Assembly: GCA_045126595.1 (NCBI GenBank)
Contig: JBGVOS010000040.1
Span: 2,467 to 66,466, forward strand
DNA from: Bacteroidaceae bacterium
Lineage (GTDB): Bacteria > Bacteroidota > Bacteroidia > Bacteroidales > Bacteroidaceae
Reading direction: 5' to 3'
Length of the DNA stretch: 64,000 bases
In this document: positions 10,570-20,301 of the stretch, piece after piece
Numbering within the stretch: the stretch's first letter is position 1
Layout of the letters: every line of letters starts with the position of its first letter
Program-made: the position numbers and the translations under genes
Notes under the pieces: generated by a model
Databases searched by the model: none
What the model was told of the DNA's origin: nothing
Seen by the model: only the letters and a program-made list of their open reading frames with translations

Positions 10570-11976
10570 TTATTTATTATACTCTGCCACCTCAGCGATG
10601 CGCTTGGGGATATCGATATTGTCCATCTGTCCGGTGAAGCGCTCGGCGCCGTTACCCACGGCAAACACAGGAACATAGGCTGCCGTGTGACTACCCACGG
10701 GCCAACTTACCATAGCAATCTTATCAAGAATTCTTACCGCCAATGCAGCGATGGGCTCATCCATGTAATATAGGCTCTTGGCCATACGCACATCCTTATT
10801 GTTGGCAATAGAACGTTGGTACTCTTCAAGCAGCGCCTGCTCCTCTGAAGGACTGAGAGAGACAGTATCCCAAAAACCGAAATTCTCTTTCAACGCTTCA
10901 CGCATCTGATCCCACGTCACTTTATCCTTACTCTCGTGGCGCATTTGGTTGACCACACGAGAGAAGCCTACATGGCTGACCTTCTGTGCATACAACGTCG
11001 GGAAGTTCAGCGCATAACGGCCGTTACCGAGGGTAAGTCCACCCGTCTCATGATCGGCCGTAACCACAATCAAAGTCTCTTTGGGGTGCTTCTTGTAGAA
11101 TTCATAGGCTACCTGGATAGCCTTGTCAAAGTCAGCCACCTCATGAAATACCGTAGCGGCATCATTGGCATGGGCCGCATAGTCAATCTTACCTCCCTCG
11201 ACCATAAGGAAAAAGCCCTTACGATTATCCAACACCTCAATGGCTGCAGTGGTTATCTCGGCTAAAGAAAGATCATCTTCGGTCGCATCAATGGCATAGG
11301 GCAGTGTCTTTTCTACAGCACTCTTCTCTTGGATGAGAATAATCTTATTGCCACGATGTCCATTCCGGAATTTTTCATAACCTCGTATAATCTTATAATC
11401 GGCATCCTTAGCTACATCGTACAACTGTGGAGCCTTCTTGTCGTCACCGTTTATATTCTCCTCAAAGTCGCCACCGCCAAAGAAGTTATAGCCAGACTGC
11501 GCCAATTGCACACCAATCTCATAATAATCGTTGCGATTGGCCTGATGCGCATAGAAGGATGCAGGCGTAGCATGGTTGAGCGTCACACTGGTAGCAATGC
11601 CCACTCGTTTTCCTTGTTCCTTCGCCAAAGCCGCTATACTATTCAATTTGGCCACTTGATTGACCGCAAGGCCTATTGTACCATTCAAGGTCTTCTCACC
11701 ACAAGCAAGCGCCGTACCACCTGCTGCCGAGTCGGTCACATCACTATTGGCCGAAAAGCTGGTTGCCAAGCCAGTAAAGGGGAATCCCGTAAAACACAAA
11801 GGAGCCGCACCCAGAGAAGTTCCTTTCTGTCCAAGGAAATATTGGGTGCCCATCACATGATTAAGACTCATGCCATCACCAATAAAGTAAAATACATACT
11901 TAGGGGCCTTGGCTATTCCTGCCAAACAAAAGCATGCAAACAATAGAATGACTGATAATGTTCTCTTTTGTCTCAT
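10570..11976 (-). CDS. Alkaline phosphatase (PhoA family), secreted
   Basis: 468-aa ORF with a signal peptide. It has FIGDGMS and DVTDSAAGGTA (active-site Ser region) plus a TADHETGG motif. Confidence 0.88.
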   Translation of the reverse strand: MRQKRTLSVILLFACFCLAGIAKAPKYVFYFIGDGMSLNHVMGTQYFLGQKGTSLGAAPLCFTGFPFTGLATSFSANSDVTDSAAGGTALACGEKTLNGTIGLAVNQVAKLNSIAALAKEQGKRVGIATSVTLNHATPASFYAHQANRNDYYEIGVQLAQSGYNFFGGGDFEENINGDDKKAPQLYDVAKDADYKIIRGYEKFRNGHRGNKIILIQEKSAVEKTLPYAIDATEDDLSLAEITTAAIEVLDNRKGFFLMVEGGKIDYAAHANDAATVFHEVADFDKAIQVAYEFYKKHPKETLIVVTADHETGGLTLGNGRYALNFPTLYAQKVSHVGFSRVVNQMRHESKDKVTWDQMREALKENFGFWDTVSLSPSEEQALLEEYQRSIANNKDVRMAKSLYYMDEPIAALAVRILDKIAMVSWPVGSHTAAYVPVFAVGNGAERFTGQMDNIDIPKRIAEVAEYNK

Positions 11977-12036
11977 AGTGGTATTATTTAAAGTTATGTG
12001 TCAATTCTTATAACTCACCAATAATGCAAGCAGATA

Positions 12037-13005
12037 TCAATATGCCGTCGCCTTGAGGTTAAGTCCAGTAGTTTCTTCGAGGTTAAAAAGCAGATTCATA
12101 TTATGTACCGCCTGTCCGCTAGTACCCTTCAACAAGTTGTCGATGCACGAGGTGATGAGCAGTATATCGCCATGCTTCTCCAAGTGTATCAGACACTTGT
12201 TGGTATTGATTACCTGCTTTAAGTCGATATTGTCCGGTGTCACGTGTGTAAACGAGTCCTTGGCATAGTAGTCAGTATACAGTTGCGTGAGTTCCTCTAC
12301 GGCCACCTTGTTCTTCACCATGATGGTACAGAAGATACCGCGCGTGAAGTTACCGCGATAGGGTACAAAGTGGATGTTCGCCTTGAAACTGCTCTGCAAC
12401 TGCTCCAACGACTCGCGTATCTCAGGCAGATGCTGGTGCACGAAGGGCTTGTAGATGCTCACATTGTCGTTGCGCCAGCTGAAGGTAGTCTGCGACGAGG
12501 CCTTGTGACCCGTACCCGTACTGCCGATAATGGCATGCACATAGATATCATCGCCCAACATAAGGTTCTTGGCCAAGGGCAGCAAGCCCAGCGTGATGCA
12601 GGTGGCAAAGTTACCGGGATTAGCCACGTAGCGGCTCTTGCAGATGGCGCGACGATTCAGTTCAGGCAAGCCGTAGATAAATTCCTTGTCGTTGTCCTTG
12701 AGCCGATAATTACGCGAGAAGTCAATGATTTTCAGTCTCTCGGGAATCTCATGCGTCTCCATAAACTGACGGCTCTCCTCGGCTGTGGTGATGAGGAAGA
12801 GCAGGTCTATCTTGTCCAGCTCGGGCTCTTCGGAGAACTCCAGTTCCGTCTCGCCATAAAGTCCGCGATGCACCTCGTGAATCTTCTGTCCACTGTTGCC
12901 ACGTCCCGTGATGAACATGAGCTGCACATCGGGGTGATTGAGCAAAAGGCGGATAAGTTCACCACCGGTGAATCCAGCACCTTCAATAATTCCTGTCTTT
13001 ATCAT
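12037..13005 (-). CDS. argC: N-acetyl-gamma-glutamyl-phosphate reductase
   Basis: 322-aa ORF with an N-terminal GAGFTGGELIRLL Rossmann motif, the PGNFATC catalytic Cys region and C-terminal DNL.KG.SGQAV.NMN. Confidence 0.9.
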   Translation of the reverse strand: MIKTGIIEGAGFTGGELIRLLLNHPDVQLMFITGRGNSGQKIHEVHRGLYGETELEFSEEPELDKIDLLFLITTAEESRQFMETHEIPERLKIIDFSRNYRLKDNDKEFIYGLPELNRRAICKSRYVANPGNFATCITLGLLPLAKNLMLGDDIYVHAIIGSTGTGHKASSQTTFSWRNDNVSIYKPFVHQHLPEIRESLEQLQSSFKANIHFVPYRGNFTRGIFCTIMVKNKVAVEELTQLYTDYYAKDSFTHVTPDNIDLKQVINTNKCLIHLEKHGDILLITSCIDNLLKGTSGQAVHNMNLLFNLEETTGLNLKATAY

Positions 13006-13490
13006 AGTCTGTTTAATATTTCTGTTTCAGGGACGACACCCATGCGTTCCAATTCCAGCAACACATCCTGCTTTGTATACCCCTCCTTTATAATAAGGAA
13101 TATAGTATCGTATCCCGCCACCGTGCCTAATACGGACTTCAACCCGCCCCGGTCAATGTCCGCAGCGATGCCCGCAGCATACCCTGGGCGCGTCTTCATC
13201 ACCGCGACATTCGACGAGAAGGCTATCGACACGAAAGCTTCCGCCAACGGCACATTGCCAGTCGCACCATTGCGATTGCGCAGAGGGCTGTCGGGCAACA
13301 GGTAGATGCACTCACCGCCTGGCACTACCTCCTTCGTCACCTCCAACTCCTTGAGGTCCCGCGAGAGGGTAGCCTGCGTACACTCATAGCCAAGTGCTGT
13401 GAGCCGCCCCAGCAGTTCATCCTGACTGCCGATGCGCTCGCCCGCAATGATGATGCGGATGGCACTGAGTCTACTGTGTTTGTTCTTCAT
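13002..13490 (-). CDS. argR: Arginine repressor
   Basis: Starts MKNKHSRLSAIRIIIAGERIGSQDELL..L...G...TQATLSRDLKEL (cat at 13488-13490). It overlaps argC by 4 nt. Confidence 0.85.
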   Translation of the reverse strand: MKNKHSRLSAIRIIIAGERIGSQDELLGRLTALGYECTQATLSRDLKELEVTKEVVPGGECIYLLPDSPLRNRNGATGNVPLAEAFVSIAFSSNVAVMKTRPGYAAGIAADIDRGGLKSVLGTVAGYDTIFLIIKEGYTKQDVLLELERMGVVPETEILNRL

Positions 13491-13506
13491 CGGTTTATTA
13501 TCATTT

Positions 13507-13590
13507 CTGTCATCCTGAACGAAGAGAGGAATCTCGCGTTGGAACATCGCCAAACACACTACGAGATTTCTCACTTTGCCCGAAAATAAC
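13507..13590. repeat. REP/MITE-like palindromic element (family copy, opposite arm order)
   Basis: tgtcatcctgaacgaagagaggaatctcgcg ... cgagatttctcactttgcccg, immediately upstream of argR. Confidence 0.6.
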
Positions 13591-13612
13591 AAAGCAAAGT
13601 TTTATTTAGCCA

Positions 13613-14728
13613 TCACGCCTCCTCCGAAGAGTTCGACATGAGGTATGCCTTGATGAAGCCATCAATCTTGCCGTCCATCACCCCACCTACATCCGAGGTC
13701 TGGTGTCCTGTGCGGTGGTCCTTCACGCGGCGGTCATCGAAAACGTAGCTGCGTATCTGCGAGCCCCACTCGATCTTTTTCTTTCCAGCCTCCACCTTGG
13801 CCTGCTCCTCCATACGGTGCTGCAGTTCGCGGTCATAGAGTTGTGAACGGAGCAGTCGCAAGGCGTTCTCCTTGTTCTTGGGTTGGTCACGGGTCTCGGT
13901 GTTTTCAATCATAATCTCCTCCTGCACACCGGTGTAGGGGTCGGTATATTGGTAGCGCAGACGCACGCCCGACTCCACCTTGTTCACGTTCTGACCACCG
14001 GCACCGCCGCTTCGGAATGTATCCCACGAGAGCAGGGCGGGGTTGATCTCAATTTCTATACTGTCATCGATGAGCGGTGTCACAAATACCGATGCAAATG
14101 AGGTCATGCGTTTGCCTTGGGCATTATAGGGAGATACGCGCACGAGGCGGTGCACACCGTTCTCGCTCTTCAGGTAACCATAGGCGAAGGGGCCTTCAAG
14201 CTCCATCGTCACGGTCTTGATGCCCGCCTCATCACCATCCTGCAGGGTAGAGATGCGGAGGTTGTAGCCATTGGTCTCGGCCCAGCGCATATACATACGC
14301 ATCAGCATTGATGCCCAATCCTGCGCTTCGGTACCACCGGCACCGGCATTGATCTTGAGCACGCAGTCCATATTGTCGGCCTCCTCGCGGAGCATATTCT
14401 TCAACTCCAGCTCCTCGATGGCCTCCAAGGCGGCAGCATAGGCTGCATCGAGTTCGGCTTCGGTGATGAGTTCATCCTTGCAGAACTCGAAGGCCACCTC
14501 CACCTCATCGGCAAGGCTCTTCACCTTCTTGTAGCCATCAATCCACGCCTGCAGCTCCTTCACCTTCTTCATCTGCGCCTCGGCCTTCTTGGCATCGTCC
14601 CAGAATCCAGGCACCTGCGTGCGCAACTGCTCTTCCTCTACCTGTATCTGCTTATCCTCAATGGCTAAATAGCGGTTCAGCGCCTCAGTGCGCTCTTTAA
14701 TATCTTTCAGTTGGTCTAATGTAATCAT
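13613..14728 (-). CDS. prfB: Peptide chain release factor 2
   Basis: Single uninterrupted 371-aa ORF with GGQ (SGGAGGQNVNKVES) and the RF2-type recognition loop, which here reads SPY. Confidence 0.93.
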   Translation of the reverse strand: MITLDQLKDIKERTEALNRYLAIEDKQIQVEEEQLRTQVPGFWDDAKKAEAQMKKVKELQAWIDGYKKVKSLADEVEVAFEFCKDELITEAELDAAYAAALEAIEELELKNMLREEADNMDCVLKINAGAGGTEAQDWASMLMRMYMRWAETNGYNLRISTLQDGDEAGIKTVTMELEGPFAYGYLKSENGVHRLVRVSPYNAQGKRMTSFASVFVTPLIDDSIEIEINPALLSWDTFRSGGAGGQNVNKVESGVRLRYQYTDPYTGVQEEIMIENTETRDQPKNKENALRLLRSQLYDRELQHRMEEQAKVEAGKKKIEWGSQIRSYVFDDRRVKDHRTGHQTSDVGGVMDGKIDGFIKAYLMSNSSEEA

Positions 14729-14749
14729 CTGTCTTTAAGTTTTAATGTA

Positions 14750-14757
14750 CAAAGGTA
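14750..14757 (-). promoter_or_regulatory. -7 promoter box upstream of prfB
   Basis: gtaCAAAGGTAgtg, 22 nt from the start. A TTTG (-33-like) lies about 20 nt further upstream. Confidence 0.5.
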
Positions 14758-15024
14758 GTGTAAGGCGAGAGAAATATCAAATTTCAACGAGTGAATATAA
14801 TGAAATAGTTAACTTTTTCCATTACTGAGCGAGGTAGAAATTCAACAGGGTTAAATTTATTTGAATATTTCCGTGCCACAGTCCAATTTCAAAGCTTGAC
14901 AATAAGCATTAAAGGTAATACAGCTGACACTTGAGCGAAAGTCAAACCTGTTTGTGTCTTTCAGTAAGCGAAAAGGAAGAAAATGAGGTTTAGTAAGACA
15001 ATCCTTCTGAGAAGGACAAGATAC

Positions 15025-15059
15025 TTTAAGAGGGTACACCATGGTGCGCCCTCTTAAAG
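15025..15059 (-). terminator. Inverted repeat downstream of nadB
   Basis: ctttaagagggtacacc at ggtgcgccctcttaaag, a ~16-bp arm with 2 mismatches. Confidence 0.45.
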
Positions 15060-15081
15060 TATCAGCCAGTCTGTCACCAAC

Positions 15082-16647
15082 CTACTTCTTCGGATAATCG
15101 ATGGTATAGTGCAGGCCGCGGCTCTCCTTGCGTTCCATAGCCTGACGAGTGATGAGGTAACCCACATTAATCATGTTGCGCAACTCACACAGTTCGCGGG
15201 TGGCCTTGCTGCGCTTGAAGAGAGCTTCGGTCTCTTCGTAGAGGATATCGAGACGATTCCAAGCACGTTTCAAGCGAGTATTGCTGCGTACAATGCCCAC
15301 GTAGGCCTCCATGATCTGGTTCACCTCCTTCATGCTCTGGGTGATGAGCACGCGTTCCTCAGTCGAGATGGTCCCCTCGTCGTTCCATTCGGGAATGTCG
15401 TCATTATAGTCATAACGCTCCAATACGCTCAGAGCATGCTTGGCTGCCGCGTCAGCATAGACGACAGCTTCAAGCAATGAGTTGGAGGCAAGACGGTTGC
15501 CACCATGCAGACCGGTGCATGAACACTCACCGAGAGCATAGAGGCGGCGTATGCTGCTCTGTCCGTCGAGATCGACCGTGATGCCACCGCAGAGGTAGTG
15601 TGCGGCAGGCGCTACAGGTATATAGTCCTTGGTGATGTCGATACCGATGGAAAGGCACTTCTTGTATATATTAGGGAAGTGCGCCTTAGTCTCCTCGGGG
15701 TCTTTGTGGGTAACATCAAGGTATACATGCTCTTCACCGCGAGTCTTCATCTCATTGTCGATGGCACGTGCCACAATGTCGCGCGGAGCGAGCGAAAGAC
15801 GCGAGTCATATTTGTGCATGAACTCCTTGCCGTCCTTAGTACGCAGCACGCCCCCATAGCCACGCATGGCCTCGGTGATGAGGTATGCTGGACGGCTGCC
15901 GGGGCAGAACAGCGCCGTGGGGTGGAACTGGATGAACTCCATATCCTTGACCGCTCCCTTGGCACGGTACACCATGGCGATGCCGTCGCCCGTAGCCACA
16001 AGAGGATTAGTGGTCTGCCCGTACACCGCCTCGCAACCGCCCGTGGCCATCACGGTGACACGCGACAGGAAGGTGTCGACAACACCCGTCTCCTCATCAA
16101 GCACGTAGGCGCCGTAACAGCGGATGCCCGAAGTATGGCGCGTGATGATGATACCCATATGGTGCTGGGTGATAATCTCGACGGCAAAGTGATTGGTAAA
16201 AATCTCAATATTGGGATGCGCCTTGACGGCCTCGATGAGTGAGGTCTGTATCTCGGCACCGGTATTGTCCTTGTGATGCAGGATACGGAACTCCGAGTGA
16301 CCGCCCTCCTTGTGTAAGTCAAACTCACCCTGCTCGTTCTTGTCGAAGTCGACACCCCAGCGGATGAGTTCCTGAATTTGTGCAGGACCGCCCTTGACCA
16401 CTTTCTCTACGGCAGCGGGGTCGCTGATGTAGTCGCCAGCAATCATCGTATCTTCGATGTGCTTTTCAAAATTATCTACCTTGAGGTTAGTCACCGAGGC
16501 GATGCCTCCCTGTGCATAATAGGTGTTGGCCTCTTCGAGACCAGCTTTGCAGATAAGGGCAACTTTGCCCTTGTGTGCCACCTTGAGCGCGAAACTCATA
16601 CCGGCCAGTCCCGAGCCGATAACGAGGAAGTCGTATTTGTGTACCAT
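15082..16647 (-). CDS. nadB: L-aspartate oxidase
   Basis: Starts MVHKYDFLVIGSGLAGMS (cat at 16645-16647), an FAD dinucleotide fold. The body resembles succinate dehydrogenase/fumarate reductase flavoproteins and ends ...RGLHYT.DYP. Confidence 0.9.
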   Translation of the reverse strand: MVHKYDFLVIGSGLAGMSFALKVAHKGKVALICKAGLEEANTYYAQGGIASVTNLKVDNFEKHIEDTMIAGDYISDPAAVEKVVKGGPAQIQELIRWGVDFDKNEQGEFDLHKEGGHSEFRILHHKDNTGAEIQTSLIEAVKAHPNIEIFTNHFAVEIITQHHMGIIITRHTSGIRCYGAYVLDEETGVVDTFLSRVTVMATGGCEAVYGQTTNPLVATGDGIAMVYRAKGAVKDMEFIQFHPTALFCPGSRPAYLITEAMRGYGGVLRTKDGKEFMHKYDSRLSLAPRDIVARAIDNEMKTRGEEHVYLDVTHKDPEETKAHFPNIYKKCLSIGIDITKDYIPVAPAAHYLCGGITVDLDGQSSIRRLYALGECSCTGLHGGNRLASNSLLEAVVYADAAAKHALSVLERYDYNDDIPEWNDEGTISTEERVLITQSMKEVNQIMEAYVGIVRSNTRLKRAWNRLDILYEETEALFKRSKATRELCELRNMINVGYLITRQAMERKESRGLHYTIDYPKK

Positions 16648-16676
16648 AGCAATGTTGGTAAATACTATATTAAATG

Positions 16677-16684
16677 CAAAATTA
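16677..16684 (-). promoter_or_regulatory. -7 promoter box upstream of nadB
   Basis: tgCAAAATTAgtg, 30 nt from the start. Confidence 0.55.
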
Positions 16685-16829
16685 GTGCAAGGCGAATGAA
16701 ATATCAAATTTATTTGGATTTTTCCGTGCCGCCTAAATACAAAACATGACAACAAACTAAAGTTAGTGCAAAAAAACTTAAAAAAGCACTTTTTATACCT
16801 ATATATAATAGCTATTAAATTTTTTTACC

Positions 16830-16837
16830 TACTTTTG
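16830..16837 (+). promoter_or_regulatory. -7 promoter box (TActTTTG) upstream of topA
   Basis: ccTACTTTTGcg, 30 nt upstream of the ATG at 16867. Confidence 0.55.
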
Positions 16838-16866
16838 CGCCCAAATTTTGAAGCCACGTTGAAATT

Positions 16867-19194
16867 ATGCAAAAGAATCTGGTGATAGTGGAGTCGCCTG
16901 CCAAGGCGAAAACGATAGAGAAGTTCTTGGGTAAGGACTATAAGGTAATGTCAAGTTTCGGTCATATACGCGACCTGAAGAAGAAGGATTTCAGCATCGA
17001 CACGCAGACCTTCGCGCCTACCTACGAGATACCTACCGATAAGAAAAAGGTGGTGGATGACCTGCGCAAAGCTGCCGACAAAGCCGAGATGGTATGGCTC
17101 GCATCCGATGAAGACCGCGAGGGAGAGGCCATTAGCTGGCACCTGTATGAGGTGCTGGGACTGACACCGGATAAAACGAAACGTATCGTATTCCACGAGA
17201 TTACCAAAGATGCCATTGTCAATGCCATACAGCATCCGCGTGAGATTGACATCAATCTGGTGAATGCACAACAGGCACGCCGCGTGCTCGACCGCATCGT
17301 GGGCTTCAAACTCTCGCCCGTACTGTGGAAGAAGGTGAAGCCATCGCTCTCGGCAGGCCGTGTGCAGTCGGTGGCCGTAAGGCTCATCGTGGAGCGCGAA
17401 CGTGAGATTGCAGCATTCATCCCCGAAGCTGCCTACCGCGTAGTAGCCGTGTTCCTCGTTCCCGACAGTAACGGCAACACCGTGGAACTGAAAGCCGAGT
17501 TGGGCACCCGCTTCAAGGAGAAGAGTGAGGCCGAGGCCTTCCTGCAATCGTGCAAGGAGACTACGTTCACCATCGAGGGCGTAGAGACCGAGCCCATGCT
17601 GCGCTACCCTGCAGCCCCCTTCACAACCTCAACCTTGCAGCAGGAGGCTGCCCGCAAACTGGGTTTCTCGGTGTCACAAACGATGACCATCGCGCAGCGA
17701 CTCTACGAGTCGGGACAGATTACCTACATGCGTACCGACTCTACCAACCTCTCCACCCTCTGCCTCGGTGCCAGCAAAAAGGCCATCATTGAGAACATGG
17801 GTGCAGAGTACCACAAGGCACGCAACTTCAAGACCAAGACCAAGGGCGCACAGGAGGCTCACGAAGCCATACGCCCCACCTATATGGACCGCCAGACGAT
17901 AGAGGGCACCGCGGCAGAGCGTCGACTCTACGAACTCATCTGGAAGCGCACCATCGCCTCACAGATGGCCGACGCACAGATTGAGAAGACCATCGTAACC
18001 ATCAGCATGAGCGGTTCGCCCTATACCTTCACCGCTACCGGTGAAGTGGTCAAGTTTGACGGTTTCCTCCGTGTATACCGCGAGACCTCGAGCGACGATA
18101 CCGAAGACAATCAGGAAAGTAACATGTTGCCCCCCTTGCATCGCGGACAGCAGCTCAGCTACACCGAGGTGACCGCTACCGAACGGTATACCCAACAGCC
18201 CCGACGCTACAACGAGGCCAGCCTCGTGCACAAGCTCGAAGAGCTGGGCATAGGACGCCCGTCAACCTACGCGCCTACCATCAGCACCATACAGAACCGC
18301 GACTACGTAGTCAAGGAGGACCGCCCCGGCCAGGAGCGTACCATCAACGTACTGAAATTCAAAAACGGCAAGCTCACCGACAAGCAGACTCGCGAGACCT
18401 ACGGCAAGGAGAAAGCCCGCCTTGTACCTACTGATGTAGGTACCGTGGTGAACGACTTCCTTACCGTCAACTTCCCCCAAGTACTCGACTATACCTTCAC
18501 AGCTACCGTTGAGAAGGAGTTCGACGAGGTAGCCGAAGGACAGAAGCCCTGGAACGGAGTCATCGGGGCATTCTACAAGGATTTTTCACCGCTCATCGAG
18601 CAGACCATGACTGCCAAGCAAGAGTATAAGGTGGGCGAACGCATCCTCGGCACCGACCCCAAGAGCGGTCGCCAGGTATCAGTAAAGATTGGTCGTTTCG
18701 GTCCTGTTGTACAGGTAGGCTTAGCCTCCGACACCGAGAAGCCCCGCTTCGCACAGTTGCAGAAGGGACAATCACTCGACACCATTACATTGGACGAAGC
18801 ATTGGAACTCTTTGCCCTGCCCCGCACACTCGGTGAATACGAGAGCACACCGCTCGTGGTCAACGTGGGCCGTTTCGGTCCATACGTACAATTGGGTAAG
18901 CAGTACGTGAGCCTGCCCGCAGGCACTGACCCCATGGCTATCACCTTGGAAGAGGGTATAGAGCTCATCGAGAAGAAGCGTCAGTTTGAGCAGCAACGCC
19001 AGATCAAGACCTTTGCAGAGAATCCCGACGTAGAGATTCTCAACGGCCGCTACGGTCCCTACATCGCCATGAGTGGCAAGAACTACAAGATACCCGCAGG
19101 CACCGACCCCGCCTCACTCGACCTCGCCGCCTGCATGGCCATCATCGAGAAGGCTGCCGAGAAACCGGCTTCACCACGCAGACGAAAGAAATAA
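16867..19194 (+). CDS. topA: DNA topoisomerase I
   Basis: 775-aa ORF with a Toprim N-terminus (LVIVESPAKAKTIEKFLG), the active-site Tyr region (ITYMRTDST) and C-terminal GRFGPY repeats. Confidence 0.96.
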   Translation: MQKNLVIVESPAKAKTIEKFLGKDYKVMSSFGHIRDLKKKDFSIDTQTFAPTYEIPTDKKKVVDDLRKAADKAEMVWLASDEDREGEAISWHLYEVLGLTPDKTKRIVFHEITKDAIVNAIQHPREIDINLVNAQQARRVLDRIVGFKLSPVLWKKVKPSLSAGRVQSVAVRLIVEREREIAAFIPEAAYRVVAVFLVPDSNGNTVELKAELGTRFKEKSEAEAFLQSCKETTFTIEGVETEPMLRYPAAPFTTSTLQQEAARKLGFSVSQTMTIAQRLYESGQITYMRTDSTNLSTLCLGASKKAIIENMGAEYHKARNFKTKTKGAQEAHEAIRPTYMDRQTIEGTAAERRLYELIWKRTIASQMADAQIEKTIVTISMSGSPYTFTATGEVVKFDGFLRVYRETSSDDTEDNQESNMLPPLHRGQQLSYTEVTATERYTQQPRRYNEASLVHKLEELGIGRPSTYAPTISTIQNRDYVVKEDRPGQERTINVLKFKNGKLTDKQTRETYGKEKARLVPTDVGTVVNDFLTVNFPQVLDYTFTATVEKEFDEVAEGQKPWNGVIGAFYKDFSPLIEQTMTAKQEYKVGERILGTDPKSGRQVSVKIGRFGPVVQVGLASDTEKPRFAQLQKGQSLDTITLDEALELFALPRTLGEYESTPLVVNVGRFGPYVQLGKQYVSLPAGTDPMAITLEEGIELIEKKRQFEQQRQIKTFAENPDVEILNGRYGPYIAMSGKNYKIPAGTDPASLDLAACMAIIEKAAEKPASPRRRKK

Positions 19195-19200
19195 CCGATT

Positions 19201-19725
19201 ATGACTCGTCTCTTCCTCCTCGGCTTCATGGCCGCCGGTAAGACCACCTTGGGCAAGGCCCTAGCCCGCGACCTCGGTTTGCAGTTCATCGACCTCGACC
19301 ACTACATCGAGAACCGTTACCACTGCACAGTGTCGCAACTCTTTGCCGAACGTGGCGAGGAGGCCTTCCGCCAGATAGAACGCAACCTGTTGCACGAAGT
19401 GGCCGAGTTTGAGGACATCGTCATCTCCACCGGTGGTGGTACTCCTTGCTTCTTCGACAACATGGAGTACATGAACTCTATGGGCACCACCGTATTCCTC
19501 GACGCATCGGTCGATGTCATCCATACCCGCCTCACCATAGCCCGCGTGCAGCGCCCCTTGGTAAAGGGTAAGACTGCCGAGGAACTGCGCCAGTACATCA
19601 CTGACATGCTCACTCACCGTCTTCCCTATTACAGCCAAGCCGCCCACACTTTCTGCGCCAATCATTTGGAAAACGCCGAGCAGATAGAGCTATCTGTAAA
19701 GCAATTCAAAGAAGAAATTCTATAA
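19201..19725 (+). CDS. aroK: Shikimate kinase
   Basis: 174-aa ORF with the P-loop GFMAAGKTTLGK and the typical aroK length. Confidence 0.9.
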   Translation: MTRLFLLGFMAAGKTTLGKALARDLGLQFIDLDHYIENRYHCTVSQLFAERGEEAFRQIERNLLHEVAEFEDIVISTGGGTPCFFDNMEYMNSMGTTVFLDASVDVIHTRLTIARVQRPLVKGKTAEELRQYITDMLTHRLPYYSQAAHTFCANHLENAEQIELSVKQFKEEIL

Positions 19726-19784
19726 TATATCCATTGAGCGTGACAAAAAGTGGTAGCAATATATGCCAATTCAAAAAAATGGCT

Positions 19785-19792
19785 TATATTTG
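19785..19792 (+). promoter_or_regulatory. -7 promoter box (TAtaTTTG) upstream of the Lrp/AsnC gene, inside an 11-bp inverted repeat
   Basis: cttATATTTGctaccact. The inverted repeat is agtggtagcaa (19749-19759) / ttgctaccact (19790-19800). Confidence 0.5.
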
Positions 19793-19828
19793 CTACCACT
19801 TTCATTTAGCCAAAAAAGAATATCTGAT

Positions 19829-20296
19829 ATGATGGAAAAGATTGACGAATTAGATAAGAAGATATTGGACATCATCTCACGCAATGCCCGCGTCCCCTTC
19901 AAGGATGTTGCCGACGAATGTGGCGTATCGCGCGCAGCCATACACCAGCGTGTACAGCGCATGGTAGACCTTGGAGTCATCAGTGGGTCGGGCTACAATG
20001 TCAACCCTAAGAAGTTAGGATTCCACACTTGCACCTACGTGGGCTTGAACCTTGCCAAAGGCTCGATGTACAAGGAAGCCGTGGAGGAACTGAAAAAGAT
20101 CCCCGAAATCGTAGAGGCACACTTCACTACAGGGCCCTACAGCGTCATCGTGAAACTCTATGCCCGCGACAATGAGCACCTGATGAACCTACTCAACGAG
20201 CGCATACAGGAGATACCCGGTGTGATGAACACGGAAACCATGATTTCGCTCGATCAGAGCATCAAGAAGGAGATACCTATCACCATAGAAAATTAA
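19829..20296 (+). CDS. Lrp/AsnC family transcriptional regulator
   Basis: Starts at the ATG at 19829 giving MMEKIDELDKKILDIISRNARVPFKDVADECGVSRAAIHQRV, an AsnC-type HTH plus RAM domain. A TAtaTTTG box lies 37 nt upstream. Confidence 0.88.
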   Translation: MMEKIDELDKKILDIISRNARVPFKDVADECGVSRAAIHQRVQRMVDLGVISGSGYNVNPKKLGFHTCTYVGLNLAKGSMYKEAVEELKKIPEIVEAHFTTGPYSVIVKLYARDNEHLMNLLNERIQEIPGVMNTETMISLDQSIKKEIPITIEN

Positions 20297-20301
20297 GGCC
20301 T

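Noticed and set aside
12244-13305. 353-aa plus-strand ORF antisense to argC/argR. Similar long antisense ORFs lie inside fusA, purD, phoA, nadB, topA, tex, hisS, the S8 peptidase, the GT genes and virE.
   Set aside because: In every case the opposite strand encodes a protein with unmistakable family motifs. The antisense ORFs are low-complexity shadow frames.
13613-14728. Programmed +1 frameshift site in prfB
   Set aside because: I looked for one near the 5' end. The ORF is continuous from ATG to stop with an RF2-like N-terminus, so no frameshift is needed.
14857-15042. 61-aa ORF between prfB and nadB
   Set aside because: It overlaps repeat/hairpin sequence, is Cys/Phe/Lys-rich with no family resemblance, and has no promoter box. 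Probably non-coding.
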